Source: Minisyncoccota bacterium
Lineage (GTDB): Bacteria > Patescibacteriota > Minisyncoccia > Phycocordibacterales > UBA9973
NCBI GenBank assembly: GCA_041662205.1
Contig: JBAZSZ010000002.1
Location: 103,266 to 167,265 of the forward strand
Length of the DNA stretch: 64,000 bases
Direction: 5' to 3'
Shown: positions 28,414-37,816 of the stretch, piece after piece
Layout of the letters: each line of letters opens with the position of its first letter
How positions within the stretch are numbered: the first letter of the stretch is position 1
Notes under the pieces: generated by a model
Seen by the model: the letters and a program-made list of their open reading frames with translations, nothing else
Database searches by the model: none
What the model was told of the DNA's origin: nothing
Program-made: the position numbers and the translations under genes

Positions 28414-29940
28414 CCGCGCGTATTCAATAATTCGGGTTTCACGAATCATAGTAACTTTTATTTCTCCTGGATATTTGAGTTCTTGTTCTATTTTTATAGC
28501 TATATCGCGAGCCATAATTTTGGCTTCAGCATCTGATATTTTTTCTGGAGTAACAAAGATACGGATTTCACGCCCAGCTTGGAGAGCATATGATTTTTCA
28601 ACAGCGGGGAAAGCGTTTACTAGTGCTTCGAGTTCTTGAAGTCTTTTTAGGTAATTTTCTACTGAGTCTCGGCGTGCGCCAGGGCGTCCACCCGAAATCG
28701 AGTCTGCTGTTTGCACAATGATGGACTCAATAGTTTCATAAGGGTAATCCTCATGGTGGCTTTTCATGGCAGTGATGATGCGTTCATCTGCTCCGAATTT
28801 TTGTAAAATACGGATACCTATTTCAACATGCGTGCCTTGCACTTCATGATCTAGCGCTTTACCAATATCGTGCACCAAGGCCCCAGCTTTAGCTATCGCT
28901 ACGTCTGCACCTAACTCTTCTGCGAGCATGCCAGCGATATGGGCCATCTCAATAGAATGTTGCAAAACGTTTTGTCCGTAACTTGTGCGGAAATACAATC
29001 GTCCGATGATGGCGATGATACGTGGATCAAAATTAAATATTCCACATTCATAGACTGCTTGTTCTCCTTTTTCTTTTATTATTTTATTTATTTCTTCTTT
29101 GGCTTTTTCCACTAGCTCTTCGATCTTGGCTGGTTGAATACGGCCGTCTAAGATCAGATTTTCTAAAGCTAGTCTGGCGACTTGTCTCCTAATAGGGTCA
29201 AATGAAGAAATCACTATGGAGCCAGGGGTATCATCCACAATGAGTTCCACTCCAGAAGCTCTTTCAAAAGCGCGTATATTTCTGCCTTCTTTCCCGATTA
29301 TTTTACCTTTGATTTCATTGTTTGGAATAGCGACTACGGTGGTCATCAATTCAGAAGCCGTGCTAGAAGATAGGCGCTGAATAGAAGTTGCCAAAATATC
29401 TTTGGCTCTGCGGTCTAGTTTTTCTTCGTTACTGTTTTCTAGTTTTTGGATTCTAACTAAAATATCTTCTTCATATTTTTTTTCAACATCTTTTAAAAGC
29501 TCATCTTTGGCTTCTACTTCAGTTAATTTTGCTACTCTTTCTAATTCTATTATTTTTTCTGCTTCTATTTTAGATACTTTTTCTTGGATTTTTTTTATTT
29601 CTTCTACTTTTACTTTAATATTTTCTACTTCTTTGTTTACTTCGACTTGTCGCGCATCTAAAAACTCGTCTTTTTTAATGAGTCTTTTTTCTGTTTCTTT
29701 AAATTCAATTTCTTTCTTTTTTTCTTCTTCTTTTAGATAAGTGAGTTGTTCTTCAGATTTCTTTTTTGCTTCGTCGGTGATTTTTTGTGCTTCTTCTTTT
29801 GCGCCGACCATCATTTGTTTGATGTCTATTTCAATGGATCTTCTTTTTCCAAGGGCAATAATCAGACGAAGATAATACCCGATGCCAACACCAAAAAAGA
29901 GCGCTATGGCACTTATTAGAATTATTATTGTTATACTCAT
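28411..29940 (-). CDS. rny: Ribonuclease Y
   Basis: N-terminal TM and coiled coil, KH (KGKIIGKEGRNIR), HD (RTSYGQNVLQH, HDIGKA), GGRPGARR. Confidence 0.97.
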   Translation of the reverse strand: MSITIIILISAIALFFGVGIGYYLRLIIALGKRRSIEIDIKQMMVGAKEEAQKITDEAKKKSEEQLTYLKEEEKKKEIEFKETEKRLIKKDEFLDARQVEVNKEVENIKVKVEEIKKIQEKVSKIEAEKIIELERVAKLTEVEAKDELLKDVEKKYEEDILVRIQKLENSNEEKLDRRAKDILATSIQRLSSSTASELMTTVVAIPNNEIKGKIIGKEGRNIRAFERASGVELIVDDTPGSIVISSFDPIRRQVARLALENLILDGRIQPAKIEELVEKAKEEINKIIKEKGEQAVYECGIFNFDPRIIAIIGRLYFRTSYGQNVLQHSIEMAHIAGMLAEELGADVAIAKAGALVHDIGKALDHEVQGTHVEIGIRILQKFGADERIITAMKSHHEDYPYETIESIIVQTADSISGGRPGARRDSVENYLKRLQELEALVNAFPAVEKSYALQAGREIRIFVTPEKISDAEAKIMARDIAIKIEQELKYPGEIKVTMIRETRIIEYAR

Positions 29941-30151
29941 AAGCTTTGAGCGAGCTTACAAGAACAAACCACTATATTTTTGGTTTTATTTCCTTGCTGG
30001 AAAAAACTTTAGTAAAGATAGACAAATTTTTCTTTAAAAACTTCATAATATATGGATATTCCTGTGAACCAGCTATAATTAAACAATTAAAAGATTGCGT
30101 TAAATTTTTAAATTTCAACGCTCTAAGTATAACAAACAAATAGAGTTGTGT

Positions 30152-30763
30152 CTAGTTGTCTCTGTTTGGTTTAGAAACAGGGATTTTTGATTTGGTGATT
30201 ATATCGTCTATAATGCCATATTTTTTGGCTTCATTTGCGTCCATAAAGAAATCACGCTCTACATCTTTTTCTATTTCAGGAAGAGATTTACCAGTATTTT
30301 TTGCTAAAAGTTTATTTAAATTATCCCTAGTTTTCAAAATATGTTTGGCTGTAATAGCGATATCTGTTGCTTGGCCTTCTACTCCGCCCATTGGCTGATG
30401 GATCATGACTTCAGCATTTGGCAAAATAAAACGTTTGCCCTTTTTACCAGCTGATAGTACGATGGCTGCGCCTGAAGCGGCGAGTCCGACACAAAAAGTG
30501 GAAATATCTGGACGTACATGATTCATGGTGTCTACGATAGCCATAGTAGAAGTGACGGATCCGCCAGGGGAATTTATATATAGGAAAATATCTTTTTTGG
30601 CATCTTCGGATTCTAGAAAGAGAAGCTGGGCAATGACAATATTTGCCACATTGTCATCAATCGGACCTGCTAAAAAGACAATCCTTTCGCGCAAAAGACG
30701 AGAATAGATATCATAAGCTCTTTCTCCAAATTGTGATTTTTCTATAACTGTAGGTATTAACAT
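30152..30763 (-). CDS. clpP: ATP-dependent Clp protease proteolytic subunit
   Basis: [36 protein letters not shown]. Confidence 0.97.
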   Translation of the reverse strand: MLIPTVIEKSQFGERAYDIYSRLLRERIVFLAGPIDDNVANIVIAQLLFLESEDAKKDIFLYINSPGGSVTSTMAIVDTMNHVRPDISTFCVGLAASGAAIVLSAGKKGKRFILPNAEVMIHQPMGGVEGQATDIAITAKHILKTRDNLNKLLAKNTGKSLPEIEKDVERDFFMDANEAKKYGIIDDIITKSKIPVSKPNRDN

Positions 30764-30801
30764 GTTTTGATAATACACCCGTTTTATACTAGAATCAAGA
30801 T

Positions 30802-31884
30802 ATGCTTCTTGAACCATTTTACGATCCTCTAAAATCTTATGAGGAAAATTACGAAAAAGGACCTTTTGGTGCTTTTGCTGATGGAAAAATAGAAAATCCA
30901 GAAAAGGGAGTCTTTGCTGAAAAGTATGATTTTTTGGGTTTCAAAGTAAATTCTCCTTTTGGTATTCCGGCTGGACCGCTTATAAATGGAAAATTTATGA
31001 AAGCAGCGTTCGATAAAGGTTTTGATATTTGTGTGTATAAGACCGTGCGTAGTGAAAAATATCCTTGCCACCCTTGGCCAAATGTTTTGTCGGTAAAGAT
31101 AGACGGTGATTTAACTTTAGAAAAAATGAAAGATGGCGTGGTTGTAGATAAGAATAATAAAGGAATACCAGAACTTATTACTAATTCTTTTGGTGTACCA
31201 TCATCTGAGCCAGAATCCTGGCAAAAAGATTTAACTAATTTATTAAAGAATACCAAATCAGGTCAAATTGTTGTAGGAAGTTTTCAAGGAACAAAAAAAG
31301 AAGGACAAAGTGTAGAAGAATATATAAATGATTATCGCAATGTAGCTAAATTACTTAAAGATACTGGGGTAAAAGTAATGGAAGTTAATTTGAGTTGTCC
31401 AAATGAAGGTTCAAACAATTTACTTTGTTTTGATACAGAACGGAGCGTAAAAGTGGTTGAAGAGATAAAAGAAGTTATTGGAGAAATTCCATTAATTATT
31501 AAAATCGCTTATTTTGAAGATGAAGAAGCGTTAAGAAATTTAGTACAAGAGATTGGTAACATAGTGGAAGGTATTTCTGCGATAAATACTATGCCCACTA
31601 AGGTGTTAGATGAAAATGGAGAACAAGCACTTTCTGGTGAAGGCAGGTTGGTAAGTGGTCTTTGTGGTCATGCCATAAAATGGGCAGGTCTGGATATGGT
31701 AAAAAGATTAAAAAAATTGCGTGACAAAATGAGATATAAATTTACCATTATTGGTGTCGGCGGGGTGACTACACCAGATGATTTTTTTGAATATCAAAAA
31801 GCTGGCGCGGATATTGTGATGTCAGCGACAGGGGCAATGTGGAATCCATATCTTGCAAAAGAGATAAAAGAAAGGTTAAGATAA
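30802..31884 (+). CDS. pyrD: Dihydroorotate dehydrogenase-like flavoprotein (class 1 type)
   Basis: [36 protein letters not shown]; first gene before pyrE-pyrF. Confidence 0.75.
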   Translation: MLLEPFYDPLKSYEENYEKGPFGAFADGKIENPEKGVFAEKYDFLGFKVNSPFGIPAGPLINGKFMKAAFDKGFDICVYKTVRSEKYPCHPWPNVLSVKIDGDLTLEKMKDGVVVDKNNKGIPELITNSFGVPSSEPESWQKDLTNLLKNTKSGQIVVGSFQGTKKEGQSVEEYINDYRNVAKLLKDTGVKVMEVNLSCPNEGSNNLLCFDTERSVKVVEEIKEVIGEIPLIIKIAYFEDEEALRNLVQEIGNIVEGISAINTMPTKVLDENGEQALSGEGRLVSGLCGHAIKWAGLDMVKRLKKLRDKMRYKFTIIGVGGVTTPDDFFEYQKAGADIVMSATGAMWNPYLAKEIKERLR

Positions 31885-31888
31885 AAAT

Positions 31889-32512
31889 ATGCAAGAGACA
31901 ATTGATATTCTAAAAAGTGTAGGGGCTGTCATTACTGACAGCCATTTTGTTGGTACTTCTAGTAGACATATGAATATATATGTGAATAAAGATAATTTAT
32001 TACCTCACCCAAAAGAAACATTTGAGATAACAAAAAGGTTGGCAGAGTTGTGTAAAGATTTAGATGTGGATGTGGTGGCTGCCCCTGTCGTGGGCGGAGT
32101 AATTTTGGGCCACTTAGTGGCTTATCATTTATCTATATTAAAAGGGAAAGAAATTTTAAGCGCCTATGCAGAAAAAACTGATGAAGGACCAATGGTATTT
32201 AAAAGAGGCTATGACACTTTAATTAAAGATAAAAAAGTTTTGATTATTGATGATACTGTCGCCACTGGTTTTTCTGTACATAAAATGTTGGAAGTTGTTC
32301 GAAACTTTGGAGGAAATATTGTTGCGATGGGAGTTATCGCAAATAGAATTCCAGAAGAAATAAATAGTAAAACTTTAGGTGTACCATTTTTGTGGTTGTG
32401 TGAAATTCCAGCAAAAACTTATGATGAGAAAGATTGTCCATTTTGTAAAGCTGGAATTCCAGTAAATACGAAAGTTGGTCATGGTAAGAAATTTTTAGAA
32501 TCCAAAAAATAA
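31889..32512 (+). CDS. pyrE: Orotate phosphoribosyltransferase
   Basis: HFV.TS.RH...YVNK, VLIIDDTVATG PRPP-binding motif. Confidence 0.9.
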   Translation: MQETIDILKSVGAVITDSHFVGTSSRHMNIYVNKDNLLPHPKETFEITKRLAELCKDLDVDVVAAPVVGGVILGHLVAYHLSILKGKEILSAYAEKTDEGPMVFKRGYDTLIKDKKVLIIDDTVATGFSVHKMLEVVRNFGGNIVAMGVIANRIPEEINSKTLGVPFLWLCEIPAKTYDEKDCPFCKAGIPVNTKVGHGKKFLESKK

Positions 32513-32515
32513 ATA

Positions 32516-33322
32516 ATGATTATCGACAAATACAACAAAAGAGCCAAGAAAATAAATTCACTTTTATGCGTTGGTCTGGATACGGATTTTGCAAAAATTC
32601 CAAAAAGATTTTTGAAAAAGAAATTTCCGCAATTTGAATTTAATAAATGGATTATCGAAGAGACCCACGAATATGCCGCTGCTTATAAACCCAATAGCGC
32701 TTTTTATGAAGCTAGGGGTGATAAAGGAATACGAGAATTAAAAATGACGATGGATTATCTGATAAAAAATCATCCAGATATTTTTACGATTCTTGACGCC
32801 AAGAGGGGGGACATAGGAAATACGAATAATGGTTACGTTGCTTCTATTTTCGATTGGTTTGGCTTTGACGCTTTCACTGTGTATCCATATTTAGGACAGG
32901 AAGCAGTGCAACCGATTTTAGATAGAAAAGATAAAGGAGTGATTTTGCTTTGCCGTACTTCAAATCCTGGAGCAAAAGATTTTCAAGATTTAAAGATTAA
33001 TGGAAAACCACTTTGGCAGATTGTGGCAGAGAAAGTTTCTAAAGAGTGGAATAAGAATAAAAATTGTATGCTCGTCGTCGGGGCGACTTATCCTAAAGAG
33101 ATGAAAAAAATTCGCTCTATTGTGGGGGATATGACTTTTCTAGCTCCAGGCGTGGGTGCTCAAGGTGGGGAATTAAAAGAAATGCTAAAAGCTGGATTAA
33201 ACAGTAAAGGTTTAGGCTTAATAATAAATTCTTCTAGGGGTATAATTTTTTCCAATAATCCAAAAATTGAAGCCAAAAAACTACAAGACGAGATTAGGAA
33301 ACACAAGCAGGAAATTAATTAA
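32516..33322 (+). CDS. pyrF: Orotidine-5'-phosphate decarboxylase
   Basis: LCVGLD, YKPNSAFY, LDAKRGDIGNT, CRTSNPG, VVGAT, PGVGAQGG, NSSR. Confidence 0.95.
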   Translation: MIIDKYNKRAKKINSLLCVGLDTDFAKIPKRFLKKKFPQFEFNKWIIEETHEYAAAYKPNSAFYEARGDKGIRELKMTMDYLIKNHPDIFTILDAKRGDIGNTNNGYVASIFDWFGFDAFTVYPYLGQEAVQPILDRKDKGVILLCRTSNPGAKDFQDLKINGKPLWQIVAEKVSKEWNKNKNCMLVVGATYPKEMKKIRSIVGDMTFLAPGVGAQGGELKEMLKAGLNSKGLGLIINSSRGIIFSNNPKIEAKKLQDEIRKHKQEIN

Positions 33323-33332
33323 AAAAGAAAAT

Positions 33333-33454
33333 AACTAAAATAGGAAAATATCAAAATTTATAAAGCAATCTATCTGGTGTTGCTACACCAGCGAACTGCT
33401 CGGCCCGTCGGCCTGCGCAAGGCTTTCTAAATTTTTTATTTTCCTATTTTAGTT
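33333..33454 (+). repeat. Family C hairpin element, copy 2 (3' of pyrF)
   Basis: Arms AACTAAAATAGGAAAATA / TATTTTCCTATTTTAGTT; core matches 19836-19970 with compensatory changes. Confidence 0.88.
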
Positions 33455-33481
33455 TTCCACTTTTTCCACTTTTATCTAGGC

Positions 33482-33631
33482 TTGCTTCTGTGTGTAGAAA
33501 TGTTACTATCATTTTTAATGTATCAACAGAGATTAAAAGAGAAAAAGTCTGGGGAAAAGTTTGCCACTTCTATCTTTTTAAGCTCCATTATCAATATTTT
33601 ATTTTAAAACCCCTTTTGGGGTTATTTTTTT
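33482..33631 (+). promoter_or_regulatory. argG promoter, 29-codon leader ORF and terminator-like hairpin
   Basis: TTGCTT 33482, TGnTACTAT 33501-33509, ATG 33518 to TAA 33607, AACCCC-TTTT-GGGGTT plus T7 ending at the argG ATG. Confidence 0.5.
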
Positions 33632-34900
33632 ATGAATCAAAAAACATCTTATATAAAGACAGCTTCTTATGAAGCAAAAAATGGAGAAATCGATAAAGTT
33701 TTGCTTTTATATTCTGGTGGGTTAGATACTTCGGTAATGCTGAAATGGATCCAAGATAACTACAATGCAAAAGTAGTGACTTTGACTATGAACCTCGGGC
33801 AACAGCATGATGATCTAAAAGCTATTGAAAAAAAGGCTAAGAAACTCGGGGCATTAAAAACTTATACTTTAGATGTCAGGGAAGAGTTTGCGACTGAATA
33901 TATTGCGAAAGGAATAAAGGCGAATGCTCATTATCAAGGAGAGTATCGTCTTTCGACTCCCATTGGTCGTGCCATTGTGGCTCAAAAAGCGATAGAAATT
34001 GCTCACAAGGAAGGTATCAAGTGTATTGCTCATGGTTGTACTGGTAAAGGAAATGATCAGGTGCGACTCGATGGGTATGTTTTAGCTCTTGATAAAAATA
34101 TGAAAATTATCGCTCCAGTTAGAGAGTGGGGAATGGATCGAGAAGCAGAAATCAGATATGCAGAGGAGAATAAAATTCCTGTTCCAGCGACGATTGATTT
34201 TCCTTATAGTGATGATGACAATATGTGGGGAATCACTTGGGAAGGTGGAGAAATTACAGATCCGAAACTTATAGTGCCAGTAGAAAAATTCTTAACCACC
34301 TATACTCTTCCTAAAAATGCGCCTGATAAAGCTGAATTGGTCAAATTGTCTTTTAATAAAGGAATTCCTACAGCAATCAATGGCAAGAAATTAAAACTTT
34401 CCGAACTCATAATTAATTTAAATAAAATTGCTGGAAAGCATGGAGTGGGAACAGTGCAACTTCTCGAAGACCGTTTGGTAGGTTTAAAAAATAGAGGCAT
34501 CTACGAACATCCTGGAGCGCACACTATTATCGAGGCGCATAGAAATTTGGAGAAATATGTTTCTACTAGACATCTCAATGAATTAAAAGAAATGATGGAT
34601 ATAAAGTGGGGCTATATGTGTTACGGTGCTTTGTGGTTTGATCAAACCATGGATGCTATTAACGCATTTAATGATTCCGTAAATGAGAGGGTTACTGGAG
34701 AGGTGACGGTGAGACTTTACAAAGGAAATCTAGAAGTAGTAGCTCTTACTTCTCCTTATGCGCTTTCTTACACTTCTTTTAACAACAGCGAAGGATATGA
34801 TTTTAATGTAAATAATAGCGCAGGATTTACAGAAGTATATACTTTACAGATGAGACTCGCTAAAGAAATTGATGATAAGAAAAATAAAAAAAATAAATAA
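33632..34900 (+). CDS. argG: Argininosuccinate synthase
   Basis: LLYSGGLDTS, AHGCTGKGNDQVR, APVREW, YS.D.N.WG, EDRLVGLK.RGIYE.P. Confidence 0.97.
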   Translation: MNQKTSYIKTASYEAKNGEIDKVLLLYSGGLDTSVMLKWIQDNYNAKVVTLTMNLGQQHDDLKAIEKKAKKLGALKTYTLDVREEFATEYIAKGIKANAHYQGEYRLSTPIGRAIVAQKAIEIAHKEGIKCIAHGCTGKGNDQVRLDGYVLALDKNMKIIAPVREWGMDREAEIRYAEENKIPVPATIDFPYSDDDNMWGITWEGGEITDPKLIVPVEKFLTTYTLPKNAPDKAELVKLSFNKGIPTAINGKKLKLSELIINLNKIAGKHGVGTVQLLEDRLVGLKNRGIYEHPGAHTIIEAHRNLEKYVSTRHLNELKEMMDIKWGYMCYGALWFDQTMDAINAFNDSVNERVTGEVTVRLYKGNLEVVALTSPYALSYTSFNNSEGYDFNVNNSAGFTEVYTLQMRLAKEIDDKKNKKNK

Positions 34901-34906
34901 AAAATC

Positions 34907-36109
34907 ATGACAAAATTGTGGGATAAAAAAGGAGTAAAGAATACTAACAGTAAGATAAGTCAAACCATAGAGGACTATACTGTTGGAGTTGACTATTTGC
35001 TTGACTTAGAACTTTTACCCTATGACATAGAGGGTACTCTCGCTCATGCCAAAATGCTTCATAAAATAAAAATATTAAACAAAAAAGAACTCGATACTTT
35101 ACTTGCTGGCCTCAATAAAATTTTAACGCTTTGGAAAAAAGGAGAGTTTAAAATAGATAAGTCTCAAGAAGATGGGCATACAGCCATAGAAGCATATCTG
35201 ACAGAGCATTATGGAGAAGTCGGCAAGAAAGTGCATACGGGGCGTTCTAGAAATGATCAATCTTTAGTGATGACTCGTCTTTTTAGCAAGGAAAAACTTC
35301 TAGAAATTAAAAAGAATGTTGAGATTTTAATTAAAGAATTAGAACAACAAATTAAAAAACAGGGAAAAATAAAAATGCCTGGCTATACTCACACGCAAAG
35401 AGCGATGCCTAGCTCGGTCGGCATGTGGCTCGGTTCTTTCTGTGATAGTTTGAAAGATGATCTGATTTTGATAGAAGCAGCGATGAAAGTCATCGATCAA
35501 AACCCACTCGGATCGGCAGCTGGTTATGGAGAAAATATTTTAGGATTGGATAAAAAATTTACCACAAAAGAATTAAATTTTAAAAAGGTGCAAGAGAATC
35601 CGATGTATTGCGCTATGTCTCGCGGGAAATTTGAAAATATGGTCTTGCAAGCTATTGGAGAAGTAATGTTTGATCTCGGTAAGATTTCAAATGACCTCAT
35701 TCTTTTCACCACTAAAGAATTTAATTTCTTTACTCTGCCAGATGCATTTAAAACAGGTTCTAGTATTATGCCTCAAAAGAAAAATTATGATGTGTTGGAA
35801 TTAATCAGAGGCAATGTCGCTATTTTTAATGGTTATCAATATCAAATAGAAAATATTATTAAGAATTTATTTTCTGGATACAATAGAGATTTTCAATTAA
35901 CAAAAGAACCGTATCTAAAAGGGATGAAACTCGCCATGAATACCATAGAAATGATGATCCTTGTTATAGAAAATCTTGAAGCAAAAAAAGTAAATTTAGA
36001 AAATGCTTGCAGTACTGAACTTTATGCTACTGATGAAGCCTTGAAATTAGTGAAAGCAGGGAAAAGTTTTAGAGAGGCTTATCAAGAAGTAAAAGAAAAA
36101 TATCAATAA
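34907..36109 (+). CDS. argH: Argininosuccinate lyase
   Basis: HTGRSRNDQ, MPGYTHTQRA, PLGSAA, TGSSIMPQKKN.D, YNRDFQ. Confidence 0.96.
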   Translation: MTKLWDKKGVKNTNSKISQTIEDYTVGVDYLLDLELLPYDIEGTLAHAKMLHKIKILNKKELDTLLAGLNKILTLWKKGEFKIDKSQEDGHTAIEAYLTEHYGEVGKKVHTGRSRNDQSLVMTRLFSKEKLLEIKKNVEILIKELEQQIKKQGKIKMPGYTHTQRAMPSSVGMWLGSFCDSLKDDLILIEAAMKVIDQNPLGSAAGYGENILGLDKKFTTKELNFKKVQENPMYCAMSRGKFENMVLQAIGEVMFDLGKISNDLILFTTKEFNFFTLPDAFKTGSSIMPQKKNYDVLELIRGNVAIFNGYQYQIENIIKNLFSGYNRDFQLTKEPYLKGMKLAMNTIEMMILVIENLEAKKVNLENACSTELYATDEALKLVKAGKSFREAYQEVKEKYQ

Positions 36110-36112
36110 AGT

Positions 36113-37093
36113 ATGGAAAACATAAATCCTTGGAATTTAAAAAAACAAATGCTGAGAGATATCAAAACTAATGGTGGTTTTTCAAATTGCCATGCGCATT
36201 TTGATAAAGCATATTTTATAACTCGAGAAGGATTAGACAAAGCCATGATTGATATGGAGGTAAAGTGGTTTATGAGTGATGGTATGAAACGAAATAGTAC
36301 AGTGGAAGATATAAAGGAAAGAATCAGACGAGCCCTGGATTTTTTAATTGAGCAAGGGTGCGAAATAACTTGTACTTTCGTAGATGCTTATGATGCTGTT
36401 GGGCATAAGGCTATTGATGCGGCTGTAGCCGTGAAAGAAGAATACAAAAACAAAATAACTTTATTGATAGCGACTCAGCCACTCGGTGGACTCATTGACG
36501 ATAAGGCTCGCGCTCTTTATGAAGAAATTACTGCCAAGGCAGATATCGCCGGCGGATTGCCTTCGAAAGATCGCCCAGATGATGAAAAAAGTTTAGATTA
36601 TCTTTTTGAAATTGCGAAGAGATTAAACAAGCCGGTGCATGTGCACATCGATCAGGAAAATAATCCAAACGAACGTGATATGGAGAAATTGATTGCTGCA
36701 GTCAAGCGACATAATTACGAGGGGAGGACTGTGGCTATTCATGCTATCTCTGTTTCGGCGCAACCAAAAGAATATCGGATGAAAATCTATAAAGAAATGG
36801 CGGAGCTCGGTATCGCTGTGGTGGTATGTCCTTCGGCGGCGCTTTCTATGCGACAGCTAGATCAATACAATGCTCCAGTGCATAACTCTATTGCCAATGT
36901 ACCTGAAATGCTCGAAGCTGGAGTGCTGGTAGGCCTCGGTGTAGATAACATCGCAGACTTCTATGAACCTTTTGTGGATGGAGATATGTGGGTAGAGCTT
37001 CGCTTGATGCAAGAAGCTTGCAGGTATTACAATCTCGACGAATTAGTCAAAGTCGCTACTACTAACGGAACTAAAATTCTTTGGTATAAATAA
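36113..37093 (+). CDS. Metal-dependent amidohydrolase (cytosine deaminase CodA-like)
   Basis: NCHAHFDKA, HVHIDQ, AIHA, VCPS, GLGVDNI.D...P...GDM. Confidence 0.85.
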   Translation: MENINPWNLKKQMLRDIKTNGGFSNCHAHFDKAYFITREGLDKAMIDMEVKWFMSDGMKRNSTVEDIKERIRRALDFLIEQGCEITCTFVDAYDAVGHKAIDAAVAVKEEYKNKITLLIATQPLGGLIDDKARALYEEITAKADIAGGLPSKDRPDDEKSLDYLFEIAKRLNKPVHVHIDQENNPNERDMEKLIAAVKRHNYEGRTVAIHAISVSAQPKEYRMKIYKEMAELGIAVVVCPSAALSMRQLDQYNAPVHNSIANVPEMLEAGVLVGLGVDNIADFYEPFVDGDMWVELRLMQEACRYYNLDELVKVATTNGTKILWYK

Positions 37094-37121
37094 AAAAATA
37101 CCTTATTCAGGTAAAAGTGAG

Positions 37122-37158
37122 ACAGGCAGAGCTGGGTATAAGACCCTGCTCTGCCTGT
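37122..37158. terminator. Strong hairpin between convergent genes
   Basis: ACAGGCAGAGC.GGGT-ATAAG-ACCC.GCTCTGCCTGT. Confidence 0.6.
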
Positions 37159-37248
37159 TGTGATACTAAACGATAAAAAAAACAAAAAACTTTTTGCTTA
37201 AGCCGGCTGTTTTATGCCGGATCTCTTCCTTTTGTTTCCCTTAAGATC

Positions 37249-37602
37249 TTAAGCGGATGTTACCTGTCGGAGTCCTGTTCCATCGTCGCTTGTTTTCCTT
37301 ATTGCCGCTACAGGCTGTAATCCCTTGCCGTCATCCTGGCCCATTGCCTTTGTAGTTGCGATAGTCCAGCCGTCTTCTTTTGCGAGGTCCTGCTGCCCTG
37401 TTGCCTTCATAAGAATACCCTGATCCACGGTAACGGCGTCGGTGATAGTTGCGCCTTCTTCTTTTGCGAGGTCCTGCTGCCCTGTTGCCTTCATAAGAAT
37501 ACCCTGATCCACGGTAACGGCGTCGGTGGCTGCGAACGCGATAGCGGCGCACAGTACTGTAAAACAACAGCATAGCACTACCAATAAAAGTTTCTTCTTC
37601 AT
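37249..37602 (-). CDS. Small secreted protein with a 28-aa tandem repeat
   Basis: Signal peptide; strong SD AGGAGGG; identical 72-bp blocks at 37373-37444 and 37457-37528 (84-bp period). Confidence 0.7.
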   Translation of the reverse strand: MKKKLLLVVLCCCFTVLCAAIAFAATDAVTVDQGILMKATGQQDLAKEEGATITDAVTVDQGILMKATGQQDLAKEDGWTIATTKAMGQDDGKGLQPVAAIRKTSDDGTGLRQVTSA

Positions 37603-37816
37603 ATTTTCCCTCCTAACAGAAAATTTATGAAAAAAATCTTACTCTAAATTTTATCAACAAGCTTCCTAACTTGTCGATACGGGTCTCGAGCGTCCCCGTT
37701 GTTTTTTTATTGTTTCAACGTACCTCCTTCAATTAGATACTATCAAATAACGATTTTTCGTCAATTTAGAAAAAGCGTGATTGTGGATAACTCGCCAGAG
37801 GCGAGCAAGTTCTTTT

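Noticed and set aside
28176-28442. N-terminal extension of HU in the ORF track (179 aa)
   Set aside because: It is an open frame running through the family B element; the canonical HU begins at ATG 28175
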